Positions 8,997 through 17,663 of a stretch of 32,000 nt of DNA are shown here, in pieces. Each line of letters opens with the position of its first letter. The stretch's first letter is position 1. The notes under the pieces were generated by a model. That model saw only the letters and a program-made list of their open reading frames with translations, did no database searches and was not told the DNA's origin. Location: positions 14,178-46,177 of the forward strand of contig JAFWTC010000082.1 in the NCBI GenBank assembly GCA_017519045.1, read 5' to 3'. Origin of the DNA: Candidatus Methanomethylophilaceae archaeon. GTDB lineage: Archaea; Thermoplasmatota; Thermoplasmata; Methanomassiliicoccales; Methanomethylophilaceae. Both the position numbers and the translations under genes were made by a program.

Positions 8997-9454
8997 CAGA
9001 TCTCCTCCTTGAGGTGCCCGGCAGCCACCATGTGCTGCCTGAGGTGGGCGCGGGACTTGTAGAGTCCTCCCTTGGCCCTCCTGTAGTACAGCCTGTACAC
9101 GGAGGGGGTTATGGCTCCGCTGGCCCTGAGGGTCTTGAGCTCGTCGCGGATGGGCCTGATGGTGGCCATCCAGCGCTCCTTGTCGCGGACGCGGGCGTTC
9201 GCGGTACCCTTCCTGGATCCGGGGCCCTTCCTCTTTCCGCTGGCCTTCTGGGCGGCGGCGTGCCTGGCCCTTCCCCTGGAAGTCCCGTTCTTGGGCTTGG
9301 CCTTGATGAGCCCGGAGGCGGCGGCGGTGCGGATGTCGGCGCGGGTGATGCACTTCTCGACCTCCTCGAGCCTGTCCGGGTTCATCCAGACCCTGTTCTG
9401 TCCGCACTTGAGGACGGCGGCGGCCATCCTTCTCTGATTCTTCAGATCTGCCAT
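8996..9454 (-). CDS. rpl19e: 50S ribosomal protein eL19
   Basis: MADLKNQRRMAAAVLKCGQNRVWMNP... within the 255-aa track ORF. ATG located at 9454. Confidence 0.9.
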   Translation of the reverse strand: MADLKNQRRMAAAVLKCGQNRVWMNPDRLEEVEKCITRADIRTAAASGLIKAKPKNGTSRGRARHAAAQKASGKRKGPGSRKGTANARVRDKERWMATIRPIRDELKTLRASGAITPSVYRLYYRRAKGGLYKSRAHLRQHMVAAGHLKEEI

Positions 9455-9456
9455 GG

Positions 9457-10116
9457 TCACACCATCCTGTTGAGGACCCTGATTCCGAGCTCGTCGGCCC
9501 TGTCCTCGATCGCGATCCTCTTCTTGGTCCCGACGGTTCCGCCGATGCGGGCGGCCTGGGTCTTCGGGTCGATGCCCTCGAGCCCCTCCACGTTGTATAC
9601 CATTACCTCCTCGAATCCCGAGGGATGGAGGTTCCTGACTGCCGCGGGTCCGCGGTATCCGATGTCGACCATCGGGGGGCGCCTCTTGAGCCTCCTCTTC
9701 ATCTTGGAGTGGATTCCCTTGGGCTTTCTCCACTTGTCTCCGAGCTTGGAGTATCTGAACCACTCCTGCCTCTTGAAAGCGGGCCTCCTTCCGGAGATCA
9801 CGGCCCTCTTGGCGAGAGCGTCCGCGGTCTCGGGGCTGAGCTCGGGCTTGGCCTTGACGACATAGGGCCTCTCTCCCGCCTCGACGACCTCGGCGGGCTT
9901 GACGGTCTCCGTCGCCTCGGATCCCTCCAGGGCGGCCTTCCAGCCTGCGACGGTCTTGGGTCCGACCCCGGACAGGGTCTTGACGATCTCCTTGACCTTC
10001 TCGTCGTCCTTGACTGCGGCGGAGAGGTCCGCGACGGACTCGATGCCCATGGCGGACAGCTCTTTGACGTTGTCGGCGGTCATGCCGGCGAGGTCGGTGA
10101 GTGCTTTGACGGTCAT
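9457..10116 (-). CDS. rpl32e: 50S ribosomal protein eL32 with an N-terminal helix-hairpin-helix extension
   Basis: The C-terminal half is eL32 (FKRQEWFRYSKLGDKWRKPKGIHSKMK...HPSGFEEV). The N-terminal ~100 aa carry HhH-like motifs (LSGVGPKTVAGW). Confidence 0.88.
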   Translation of the reverse strand: MTVKALTDLAGMTADNVKELSAMGIESVADLSAAVKDDEKVKEIVKTLSGVGPKTVAGWKAALEGSEATETVKPAEVVEAGERPYVVKAKPELSPETADALAKRAVISGRRPAFKRQEWFRYSKLGDKWRKPKGIHSKMKRRLKRRPPMVDIGYRGPAAVRNLHPSGFEEVMVYNVEGLEGIDPKTQAARIGGTVGTKKRIAIEDRADELGIRVLNRMV

Positions 10117-10664
10117 TCTTTCACCTTGTGGGATTTCTGGACGATGTAGATACCGTCCTGGAACGTTCTCTTGTCGAATCCTAGCCTGGAGGTGGCCTTC
10201 TCGAGGTTGGCGGAGGTCTGTCCGCAGGCCTCGATGTCGTTGCCCTCCACGGTTATGTCGTTGCCGTTGATCTTGACCGTGCAGCCCTTCACGATGTTCG
10301 CGTAGCGGGGGGCCTTGCCTCCCATGTAGTTGTTGACCTCCACGCGGTCGCCCTTCACGGCGATCTTCATAGGGAAGTGGTTGTACACGACCTTGAGGTG
10401 GTAGGTGAATCCTACGGTCACGCCCTTGATCATGTTCTTCACGTGCGCAACATAGGTACCGACCATTGCCTTGTCCTTGACGCGAGGGTACTCACAGCTG
10501 ACTGTGACCTCGGCCGCGTCCACGGCGATATCTATTCCAGGGTGCGCGAAGTTTCTGCTTAATTCACCCCTAGGTCCTTTGACCTTCATGATGCCTCCGT
10601 CGTACTCGACGGACACCCCACCGGGGATAGCGATGGTGCTTTCGATTTTCCCTGCTAATGTCAT
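10113..10664 (-). CDS. rpl6: 50S ribosomal protein uL6
   Basis: IAIPGGVSVEYDGGIMKVKGPRGELSRNF... The stop overlaps the L32e start as ATGA. Confidence 0.92.
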   Translation of the reverse strand: MTLAGKIESTIAIPGGVSVEYDGGIMKVKGPRGELSRNFAHPGIDIAVDAAEVTVSCEYPRVKDKAMVGTYVAHVKNMIKGVTVGFTYHLKVVYNHFPMKIAVKGDRVEVNNYMGGKAPRYANIVKGCTVKINGNDITVEGNDIEACGQTSANLEKATSRLGFDKRTFQDGIYIVQKSHKVKE

Positions 10665-10673
10665 TCACATTCC

Positions 10674-11063
10674 TCAATATACGAAGGCGAGCAGCTTGCC
10701 GCCTATTCCGAGCTCTTTGGCGCGGTCCTGGGTGATCACACCGGCGGTGGTGGTCAGGATCAGGAGGCCGAAGTCCTGGGCGGGGAGGAACCTCGCCTCG
10801 AACTTCTCGACCTCGGACACCGTGACGGAGTACCTGGGCTTGATCACGCCGCAGTCGTTTATGGCGCCGTCGAGCATGACGTGGAATTTTCCTGCTTTCC
10901 CGTCCTCAACGTATTCGAACTGGCTTATGTATCCGCGGTCCTGCATAACCTTCAGCACACGGCCGATGAGTTTGGAGGAGGGCTGGATGACGCATTCGCT
11001 CTTTCCGTTGAGGGCGGCGTTCTTTATGACGCACATCGCGTCGTTCAATGGATCGCACTGCAT
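10674..11063 (-). CDS. rps8: 30S ribosomal protein uS8
   Basis: MQCDPLNDAMCVIKNAALNGK... The ATG at 11063 is preceded by the SD GAGGTGA. The track ORF begins at a GTG at 11072. Confidence 0.9.
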   Translation of the reverse strand: MQCDPLNDAMCVIKNAALNGKSECVIQPSSKLIGRVLKVMQDRGYISQFEYVEDGKAGKFHVMLDGAINDCGVIKPRYSVTVSEVEKFEARFLPAQDFGLLILTTTAGVITQDRAKELGIGGKLLAFVY

Positions 11064-11073
11064 TTGACTCACC

Positions 11074-11220
11074 TCACGAATACTTCTTGAATCCGAGCTC
11101 TGGGGCCATGTCCCTGAAGCACTGGCGGCACAGGTGCATCCCGTACCTCCTTATGATTCCTCTTCTGCGTCCGCAGCGAGTGCAGCCGACCGACCTTCCG
11201 TACTGCTTCTTGGGCTTCAC
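11074..11220 (-). CDS. rps14: 30S ribosomal protein uS14 (short zinc-ribbon type, 48 aa)
   Basis: [36 protein letters not shown]. There is no in-frame ATG. The GTG at 11220 is preceded by AGGTGAT and overlaps the L5 stop (GTGA). Confidence 0.85.
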   Translation of the reverse strand: MKPKKQYGRSVGCTRCGRRRGIIRRYGMHLCRQCFRDMAPELGFKKYS

Positions 11221-11726
11221 TGAATCACCTGAACCTCGAATTTGTCTTTCATGAACTGTATGGCCTCTTCGCGGTCGACGCGGTGGTGCTTGGGGATCCT
11301 CCTTCTGAGGAGGGACCTCTGGGTGATCCTGTTCCCGGACCTCCTGAGGACGACGTTGACGTCCATCCCGAAGATTCCGATCTCGGGGTCGTACTTCATG
11401 CCGTCGAAGTCGGTGTAGTCCGAGATTCCGAAGGACATGTTGCCCTCCTTGTCGAAGGAGTACTCGGGGACGCGCATCTCGCGGATGACGAGGGCCCTCT
11501 TGACGAACTCCTCGGCGTCCTCCCCCCTGAGGGTGACCTTGCACCCGAGGGGCATTCCGACGCGTATTCCCAGGTCCCTGTTGACGGTCTTGGAGATCGT
11601 CTCGACGGGCTTGTGCCCGGTGACCATCTCGAGGACCTTCTCGGCCTTGACGAGCCTCTCTCCGGCCTCGCCGACTCCGATGTTCACGACGACCTTCTCG
11701 ACGTGGAGCTGCCTCATCGCGTTCAT
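11217..11726 (-). CDS. rpl5: 50S ribosomal protein uL5
   Basis: [25 protein letters not shown]... The ATG at 11726 overlaps the S4e stop (ATGA). Confidence 0.9.
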   Translation of the reverse strand: MNAMRQLHVEKVVVNIGVGEAGERLVKAEKVLEMVTGHKPVETISKTVNRDLGIRVGMPLGCKVTLRGEDAEEFVKRALVIREMRVPEYSFDKEGNMSFGISDYTDFDGMKYDPEIGIFGMDVNVVLRRSGNRITQRSLLRRRIPKHHRVDREEAIQFMKDKFEVQVIQ

Positions 11727-12430
11727 TCGGAGGCCTCCGGGAGCTTGATCGCGGGAGCCGAGGCCCCGATGACGATGCAGTTGTCGGTGACGGTCTCGGT
11801 GCCGTCGGAGAACACGACGGTGTTGGGGCCGCTCCTGCGGACGACGCGGACCTCCTTGACGGTCTTGACGCTTCCGCTGTGGGATCCTTCCTTGATGAGG
11901 ACGGTGCATCCCTCGGCGAAGGGTATGTGCTCGAGGATCTTCTGGTCCTCGAACGCGACCTTCAGGGAGTCGCCGCACTTGTACCTGTTCTCGTCCAGGA
12001 CGATGTTCCTGCCGCCGCTGAGGTTGAGCTGGAACTTTCCTCCCTTGACGATGGTCTTGTTCTCAATCTTGCAGATCTCCCACTTGGACTCGGCCTCGTC
12101 GATGGGGACGAGGGTGAGCTTGCCCTTGTCGGTGAGGAGCATGCGGTAGGTGAGCCCCAGCTTGGGGACGCAGACGACGTCCATGAAACCGACGGGCATC
12201 TTGGGGTTCTTGACCGCCTTCCCGTCCACGAACATCTCGCGGTTGCCGATGATCCTCTTGGCCTCCCTCGCGGTGTCGCAGGCGCCGACCATGTCCCTGA
12301 GGACGGTGACGGCGGCCATGGACTCCTCCAGGGAGTGCGCTCCGGGGGACTGCTTGGCGACCCAGACGTTGACCTTCCTCTTCAGGGGCCAGGTCCTGGG
12401 CGCTGCCAGCCTCTTCATGTGATCGCTCAT
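11723..12430 (-). CDS. rps4e: 30S ribosomal protein eS4
   Basis: [30 protein letters not shown]... Confidence 0.93.
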   Translation of the reverse strand: MSDHMKRLAAPRTWPLKRKVNVWVAKQSPGAHSLEESMAAVTVLRDMVGACDTAREAKRIIGNREMFVDGKAVKNPKMPVGFMDVVCVPKLGLTYRMLLTDKGKLTLVPIDEAESKWEICKIENKTIVKGGKFQLNLSGGRNIVLDENRYKCGDSLKVAFEDQKILEHIPFAEGCTVLIKEGSHSGSVKTVKEVRVVRRSGPNTVVFSDGTETVTDNCIVIGASAPAIKLPEASE

Positions 12431-12801
12431 TCTTTAGCCTCCTTCTTCTTAGAGAGGGACTCGACCCTCCACTGGTCCTCGGCGTTCAGCTTCACGATGG
12501 TCAGGTTGGACGCGTGGATGGGGCGCTCGGTGTCGGTACCGTCGGCCTGCTTGATGGTGATGCCTTCGATAGCGACGCGTCCGGTCTTGGTGTAGACGGA
12601 CACGACCTTGCCCTCGACGTTCCTGATGTCGCTGTTTCCGCGCACGACGATGACGGTGTCTCCCTTGCACACCCTGGCGGAGCGGACCCCGTACTTCTTG
12701 CGGAGGTCGTCGCTGAGGTGGGCGGAGAGCATCTTCCTCTTCACGTGAGTCGGAGCGTTCGCCTGATTCTTCCTCTGAACCCTTGCTTTGCTGCTAACCA
12801 T
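12427..12801 (-). CDS. rpl24: 50S ribosomal protein uL24
   Basis: KGDTVIVVRGNSDIRNVEGKVVSV (KOW motif). The start was mapped to the ATG at 12801. Confidence 0.9.
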   Translation of the reverse strand: MVSSKARVQRKNQANAPTHVKRKMLSAHLSDDLRKKYGVRSARVCKGDTVIVVRGNSDIRNVEGKVVSVYTKTGRVAIEGITIKQADGTDTERPIHASNLTIVKLNAEDQWRVESLSKKKEAKE

Positions 12802-12811
12802 GCCTCGCACC

Positions 12812-13210
12812 TCAGATGATAGTGTTGGCGGTCGCGGATATGCGAGGCCATCTCTCCGCCGCCTCCCTGGCGACGGGCCCTTTGATGTCGGTTCCCTTGG
12901 TCTCACCGGTCTCGGTGGTGATGACCGCTGCGTTGTCCTCGAAGAAGACGATAGTCCCGTCGGGCCTCCTGGTGGGGCGCCTCTGGCGGACGATGACCGC
13001 GAAGACGATCTGCCTCCTCATCTGGGGGGTCCCCTTCTTCACGGTGGCGATCACCAGGTCTCCGACTCCCGCGCTGGGAACCCTCCTGGCGACCCCGTGG
13101 TATCCGGGGACGGTTATGATCTCGATGACCTTGGCCCCGGTGTTGTCGATGACGTCCAGGCGGGAGCCGTTCTGAAGGCCTCTGGTCTGGTTTCCGGCTA
13201 TTCCCTTCAT
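12812..13210 (-). CDS. rpl14: 50S ribosomal protein uL14
   Basis: LDVIDNTGAKVIEIITVPGYHG...GDLVIATVKKG. ATG at 13210. Confidence 0.92.
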   Translation of the reverse strand: MKGIAGNQTRGLQNGSRLDVIDNTGAKVIEIITVPGYHGVARRVPSAGVGDLVIATVKKGTPQMRRQIVFAVIVRQRRPTRRPDGTIVFFEDNAAVITTETGETKGTDIKGPVAREAAERWPRISATANTII

Positions 13211-13215
13211 CCAGA

Positions 13216-13548
13216 TCACTCCTTCTTCTCGATGACCACGAAAGAGACGGTCTTGGAGATGGGGCGGCACTCCGCGATGGTGACCCTGTCGCCGGCCTTG
13301 AGGCCGAGGCATGCGGGGGCGTGGGCGGCGTACCTGCTGCTCCTTTTCTCGTATCTCTCGTACTTCTTCACAAACCTGAGGTAGTTGCGCTCGACTACGA
13401 CCGTCTTGTTCATCTTGACGGTGGCGACTACCCCGTCGATCGTCTGTCCCCTAACCGACAGGCTGCCGTGGAACGGGCAGTTGGGGTCGTTGCACTCCAT
13501 GGAGGGGGGAGCGACGTCGAATCCGATGTCTTTGATTTCTGCTGCCAT
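13216..13548 (-). CDS. rps17: 30S ribosomal protein uS17
   Basis: [35 protein letters not shown]. The ATG at 13548 is preceded by AGGTGA. An alternative GTG lies at 13557. Confidence 0.9.
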   Translation of the reverse strand: MAAEIKDIGFDVAPPSMECNDPNCPFHGSLSVRGQTIDGVVATVKMNKTVVVERNYLRFVKKYERYEKRSSRYAAHAPACLGLKAGDRVTIAECRPISKTVSFVVIEKKE

Positions 13549-13553
13549 TATAT

Positions 13554-13808
13554 TCACCTAACCTTCTTGATTCTGTCCTCTGGTCGGTGCATTATCTCTG
13601 ATCCGATGATGTCTATGGTTCTGCCTTCATATGCGAATCTGAACACATTTCCTGGTTTGGGTACCATTCTTTCAGTTCCATCCGATTCGATGGTGAACGT
13701 ACGCTTCGTCTCGTCGACCACCTTCCCGGATATCCCCGAGAACGGCGCAGACAGCACTTCCACGTCCAGTCCGATGAGTTCAGTCCTGACGAAGTTAGAG
13801 TCTTTCAT
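13554..13808 (-). CDS. rnp1: RNase P protein component 1 (Rpp29/Pop4 homologue)
   Basis: [31 protein letters not shown]... It occupies the conserved archaeal position between SUI1/L29 and S17. Confidence 0.8.
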   Translation of the reverse strand: MKDSNFVRTELIGLDVEVLSAPFSGISGKVVDETKRTFTIESDGTERMVPKPGNVFRFAYEGRTIDIIGSEIMHRPEDRIKKVR

Positions 13809-14104
13809 CTTACCTCTGTACGGAATCCCATTTCCTCCAGTACGGACTTCACTTTCTTCTTGTGGTCCCCCTGGAGCTCGATGCGGCCGTCTTTGCAAGT
13901 TCCGCCGGCGGCGCACCTGTTTTTCAACTGCTTGGCGAGATCGCCGATGTCGATGTCGTTCTCATCGATGCCGTCGATCACGGTTACGGTCTTGCCGTAC
14001 CTGCGGCTGTCAATCGAAATCCTCACGGTCTGCTGCTCGCGTGCGATCTCCTCGCACATGCACAGCTCTTTAGGCAATCCACATACCGGGCAGATCTCAG
14101 CCAT
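13805..14104 (-). CDS. Translation initiation factor aIF1 (SUI1 family)
   Basis: Has an N-terminal Cys knuckle (CPVCGLPKELCMC) and the SUI1 core (KTVTVIDGI...LAKQLKNRCAAGGT). Confidence 0.9.
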   Translation of the reverse strand: MAEICPVCGLPKELCMCEEIAREQQTVRISIDSRRYGKTVTVIDGIDENDIDIGDLAKQLKNRCAAGGTCKDGRIELQGDHKKKVKSVLEEMGFRTEVR

Positions 14105-14307
14105 CAGATCTCTTCCTCCTCCTTCTGGACGGTCAGTATGCGGGCGATGTTCAGCCTGAGGGCGCGGATGGCGCCGGGGCTGGAGGGGGCTCCTCCGGAA
14201 GCGGAGACTCCCCTCTCGTGCATGAGCTCGTCACGAAGCTCCTTGAGCTTCTGGTTGCGCTCCTCGGCGCTCATGTTCCTGATGTCCGCGGTCTTCAGCG
14301 AGGCCAT
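14104..14307 (-). CDS. rpl29: 50S ribosomal protein uL29
   Basis: IRNMSAEERNQKLKELRDELMHER, 67 aa. TGATG overlaps occur at both ends. Confidence 0.9.
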   Translation of the reverse strand: MASLKTADIRNMSAEERNQKLKELRDELMHERGVSASGGAPSSPGAIRALRLNIARILTVQKEEEEI

Positions 14308-14987
14308 CACTGCACCTCCTGGGGCGCAGGCTCCTCTGCGGGGGCCTCTGCGGGGGCTGCGAACAGGTCGGGCAGCACGGCGGCGGCCTCGGTCTTGTTC
14401 AGCACGTTGATGTCGGCGGGGAGCTTCGCGTCCTTGTCCATGATCTCGACGGTGACGCCTATGACGCCCATCTTGAGCTTGGCGATCGCGTACCCGTGGT
14501 CGATGAACATCGCCTTGGGCTCTCCGCAGAACTTTATGTAGCCCTCCTTGAACTTCTCGGTCCTGTGCCTCTGTCCGGTCAGCTTGCCGGCGACGATGAT
14601 GTGGCAGCCGCGGGCTCCGGCGTCCATGATCCTGCGGACGGTGGAGTGCCCGGCCCTGCGGAAGTGCCATCCCCTCTCGAGGGAGAAGGCGAGCTTCTCT
14701 GCCATTATCTGCGCGTTGAGGCTGGCGTTCTTGACTTCCTGGACCTCGATCTGGGGGTTCTCGAATCCGAAGCGCTCCTCGATGACGGTGGTCAGGTTCT
14801 TGATCGTCTGGCCGCGCCTTCCGATCACGAGCCCGGGCCTCTCGGTGGTGAGCAGGACGCGGGTCCCCATGGGGGTCCTCTGGACGTCCAGGCCTCCGAA
14901 TCCGGCACGGCTGACCTCTTTCATCAGGTACTCCTTGAGGAGGACTCTGCGGACGTTCTCGGCGACGAATTTTCTCTCTGATGCCAT
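14307..14987 (-). CDS. rps3: 30S ribosomal protein uS3
   Basis: KH domain (ERPGLVIGRRGQTIKNL) and an A/P/E-rich tail. The ATG was mapped to 14987. The 381-aa track ORF is a shadow extension. Confidence 0.92.
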   Translation of the reverse strand: MASERKFVAENVRRVLLKEYLMKEVSRAGFGGLDVQRTPMGTRVLLTTERPGLVIGRRGQTIKNLTTVIEERFGFENPQIEVQEVKNASLNAQIMAEKLAFSLERGWHFRRAGHSTVRRIMDAGARGCHIIVAGKLTGQRHRTEKFKEGYIKFCGEPKAMFIDHGYAIAKLKMGVIGVTVEIMDKDAKLPADINVLNKTEAAAVLPDLFAAPAEAPAEEPAPQEVQ

Positions 14988-14989
14988 GT

Positions 14990-15439
14990 TCACTCTACCT
15001 CCTGGATTATGATCTCGAGATTCACGGTCTCCTGGTTCCAAGGGGTGGCGCGGCCGTGGGCCCTGGGCATGTGCCCGGGGATGGTGCGTCCCCTGGAGAC
15101 GGAAATCGTGGAGATCGCCATGTTCGACACGTCGAGCCCCTTGAACTCGGCGTTGGAGGCCGCGCTGTTGAGGACTCCGAGGATGTAGGTAGCCACCTTC
15201 ACGGGGTACCTTCCGGGTCCGACGCCGGCCTTGTGGGAGACGCGCTTGTTGTACCTCTTGAGGGGGACGGGCCTCTTCTTGGCCATGACGTCCTCGAGGG
15301 CCTGGCGCGCGGTCTCGACCTTCATTCCGCGGATCATCCCGACGACCTCGCGGGCGAACTTGGGGGAGATGGGCATCTCCTTCCCGAGGGCCTTGGCGGT
15401 CGTGTCCGGGTCTGCTACTGCTGTGTATCCTGAAACCAT
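14990..15439 (-). CDS. rpl22: 50S ribosomal protein uL22
   Basis: ISPKFAREVVGMIRGMKVETARQALEDV... Confidence 0.92.
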   Translation of the reverse strand: MVSGYTAVADPDTTAKALGKEMPISPKFAREVVGMIRGMKVETARQALEDVMAKKRPVPLKRYNKRVSHKAGVGPGRYPVKVATYILGVLNSAASNAEFKGLDVSNMAISTISVSRGRTIPGHMPRAHGRATPWNQETVNLEIIIQEVE

Positions 15440-15448
15440 GCTTCCACC

Positions 15449-15916
15449 TCACTTAAGCGGCATGAACTTCGAGGATCTGGTAGCACCGACTCCGGGTCCG
15501 GAGTGCTGAGGCGCCTTCCTGGTGAGCACGAACTCTCCGAGGAAGCAGCCGATCATCTCGGGCTTGATCTCCACGTCTTTGAACTCTTTGCCGTTGTAGA
15601 TGCTGACGGTCTTTCCGACGAACTGGGGGACGATGGGGAGGTCCCTGCGGTGGGTCCTGACCACCTGTCCGGCCTCCGCCGCGGTGAGCTTGTCGAACAG
15701 CAGCTGCTGCTCGTAGTTGAGACCGCGGAGGTAGGTCCTCCTTGCCCTAGAGGGGAGGAGTCCGAGCACCTCGTCGAAAGGCAGCTCCAGCAGGCCTTCC
15801 ATGTTGATCCCGCGGTAGAGGAACTCCTTCTTCCTCCTCGCCTGGATCGCCGACGCCTTCTTCCTGGACTTCCTCCTGGAAGCTTTCGCGGATCCTGCAA
15901 TAATCTTCTTTGCCAT
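15449..15916 (-). CDS. rps19: 30S ribosomal protein uS19
   Basis: VRTHRRDLPIVPQFVGKTVSIYNGKEF...GEFVLTRK. The ATG at 15916 follows a GTGATC motif. An alternative GTG lies at 15925. Confidence 0.9.
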   Translation of the reverse strand: MAKKIIAGSAKASRRKSRKKASAIQARRKKEFLYRGINMEGLLELPFDEVLGLLPSRARRTYLRGLNYEQQLLFDKLTAAEAGQVVRTHRRDLPIVPQFVGKTVSIYNGKEFKDVEIKPEMIGCFLGEFVLTRKAPQHSGPGVGATRSSKFMPLK

Positions 15917-15921
15917 TGAGA

Positions 15922-16617
15922 TCACTTCTTAACTTTCTTCTTAGGAGGCAGGAATCCTACCTTCTGACCGGTCGATGCGGTCCTCTTCTGACAGTTCGGT
16001 CCTCCGACGTGGGCATGGCTGCCTCCTCCGTGCGGGTGGTCCACAGGGTTCATCGCGACTCCCTTGGTCTTGAAGGGCGCGGTGGATCTGGACCTGAGGG
16101 TGTGGACGTTCTTCCCGGCTTTCGCCATGGGCTTGTCCCCCCTTCCTCCTCCTGCTACGACGCCGATCGCGGCGCGGCAGTCGGGGCTGAACTCCTTGAT
16201 GGCTCCGGAGGACATCAGGATCATGACCTTGTCTCCCCTGGAGACGACGGTTCCGGAGGATCCGGCGGTCTTGACGAACTTTCCTCCGTCCCCGGGCCTG
16301 GCCTCGACGTTGTTGACGAGGGTTCCCTCGGGGATCTTGGAGAGCACGGTGATGTTCCCGGGTGCGACGACGTTTCCGCCGATGAGGATGGTCTGTCCGA
16401 CCTTGGTCCCCTCTACAGCGAGCTGGTAGTCGGTCCTGCCGCCGAGGTCGATGACCGCGAGGGGGCAGGTCCTTCCGGGAGCCTGTATGAGGTCCTTTAT
16501 GACGGCGGTTCCCTCGGACATGGCGGGGAGCCTGACGTCGTCCACGTGCCTGTGGCTGGGCGAGCGGTACAACGAGGTTCCGCGGCCCCTCCTCTGTGTG
16601 ATTAATCTCTTTCCCAT
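15922..16617 (-). CDS. rpl2: 50S ribosomal protein uL2
   Basis: NPVDHPHGGGSHAHVGGP, GTLVNNVEARPGDGGKF. Confidence 0.95.
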   Translation of the reverse strand: MGKRLITQRRGRGTSLYRSPSHRHVDDVRLPAMSEGTAVIKDLIQAPGRTCPLAVIDLGGRTDYQLAVEGTKVGQTILIGGNVVAPGNITVLSKIPEGTLVNNVEARPGDGGKFVKTAGSSGTVVSRGDKVMILMSSGAIKEFSPDCRAAIGVVAGGGRGDKPMAKAGKNVHTLRSRSTAPFKTKGVAMNPVDHPHGGGSHAHVGGPNCQKRTASTGQKVGFLPPKKKVKK

Positions 16618-16628
16618 GTTCGCTCACC

Positions 16629-16886
16629 TCAGTACATGACTCCGACTCTGGAGCCCACCTCTTCGGCGGAGTACCCGTCGGCGAGTTTGATGATCGCGTG
16701 CTTTCCGTCCTTCTGGATCCTGACCCAGACCTTCTCGACCTTGACCTCGAAGCGGGCCTCGACAGCGGCCTTGATGGCGGGCTTGTCGGCATTCCTGTGG
16801 ACGATGAACTCGATCTTGTTCGCGTCCTTGTGGTTCATCGCCTTCTCAGTGTAGTAAGGGCTGATGAGCACGTCGCTCTGCTTCAT
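16629..16886 (-). CDS. rpl23: 50S ribosomal protein uL23
   Basis: ISPYYTEKAMNHKDANKIEFIVHRNADKPAIK. The ATG at 16886 overlaps the L4 stop (ATGA). The track ORF starts at a GTG at 16895. Confidence 0.9.
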   Translation of the reverse strand: MKQSDVLISPYYTEKAMNHKDANKIEFIVHRNADKPAIKAAVEARFEVKVEKVWVRIQKDGKHAIIKLADGYSAEEVGSRVGVMY

Positions 16887-17659
16887 TCGCTCCACCCCCT
16901 GATGGTGTCGAGGGCTGACTTGGTGTACACGGTGAGCCTTCCCGCGTCCCCTCCGGGAGCCAGGATGCTGGCGTTGAGGGTCTTGACCTCCTCGATGGTG
17001 ACTCCGGGGATGTTGGAGACGCTCCTAAAGATGGGGGCGGTCCTGTCCTCGTTGTCGACGACGACGAGCACGGAGACGGGGGTGCGGTACTTCCTGTTCC
17101 TCATCTTTCCCCTTCCGGCGCGGATCTTGCGGCCGTACTTGGCACGGTCGAGGTCGTATCCGATGCCGATCTTCTCGAACAGCGCGATGACCTGGGAGGT
17201 CGACTTGATCTCGTTCATGTCGTCCTCGACGACTATGGGGAACGTGACCGCGTCGTCGAACTTGTGGCCGCGGGCCTTGACGCAGTCCGCGCAGCCGGTT
17301 GCTGCGATGGCGGACTTGCGAGCGAGCCTGAGCTCCTTCTTGTTGACCTTCTGGGTCCAGATCCTCTCGGGGACAGGCGGGTGCGCCCTCCTTCCGGAAA
17401 CGTTGTTGGGAGACTCGGTGGCCTTCCTGCCGTCGTGGACCCTCTGGACGCGCGCGACTCCGCGTCCCTTTCCCCAGGTGCTGACGGAGTGCCTCATTCC
17501 GGCCCCCTCGGCGGGTCCGTAGGGCTGCCTCTTGTTCGCCGCCGCCGCCAGGACCGCCTTCTTGATCACGTCGGGCCTGTAGGGGGTCGCGAATACCTCG
17601 GGAACCTCGACGGTCCCCGCGACTGCGCCGCTGACTGAATAGACGTTAGTGGTTGCCAT
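16883..17659 (-). CDS. rpl4: 50S ribosomal protein uL4
   Basis: STWGKGRGVARVQRV..., RAGRGKMRNRKY. Confidence 0.93.
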   Translation of the reverse strand: MATTNVYSVSGAVAGTVEVPEVFATPYRPDVIKKAVLAAAANKRQPYGPAEGAGMRHSVSTWGKGRGVARVQRVHDGRKATESPNNVSGRRAHPPVPERIWTQKVNKKELRLARKSAIAATGCADCVKARGHKFDDAVTFPIVVEDDMNEIKSTSQVIALFEKIGIGYDLDRAKYGRKIRAGRGKMRNRKYRTPVSVLVVVDNEDRTAPIFRSVSNIPGVTIEEVKTLNASILAPGGDAGRLTVYTKSALDTIRGWSE

Positions 17660-17663
17660 TTAC

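Noticed and set aside
8496-9407. The track ORFs suggest much longer proteins for L18 (303 aa), L19e (255 aa), S3 (381 aa), L29 (188 aa), L5 (253 aa), L14, L24, Rpp29, GatA (488 aa) and GatB (811 aa)
   Set aside because: The upstream portions are out-of-frame read-throughs of the preceding gene, with Arg/Pro/Gly-rich junk sequence. In each case an internal ATG (or GTG) at an ATGA/TGATG junction or behind a GGTGAT motif gives the canonical family N-terminus.
7962-9865. Plus-strand ORFs of 366 and 291 aa opposite S5/L18/L19e/L32e
   Set aside because: These are shadow frames of highly conserved ribosomal protein genes.
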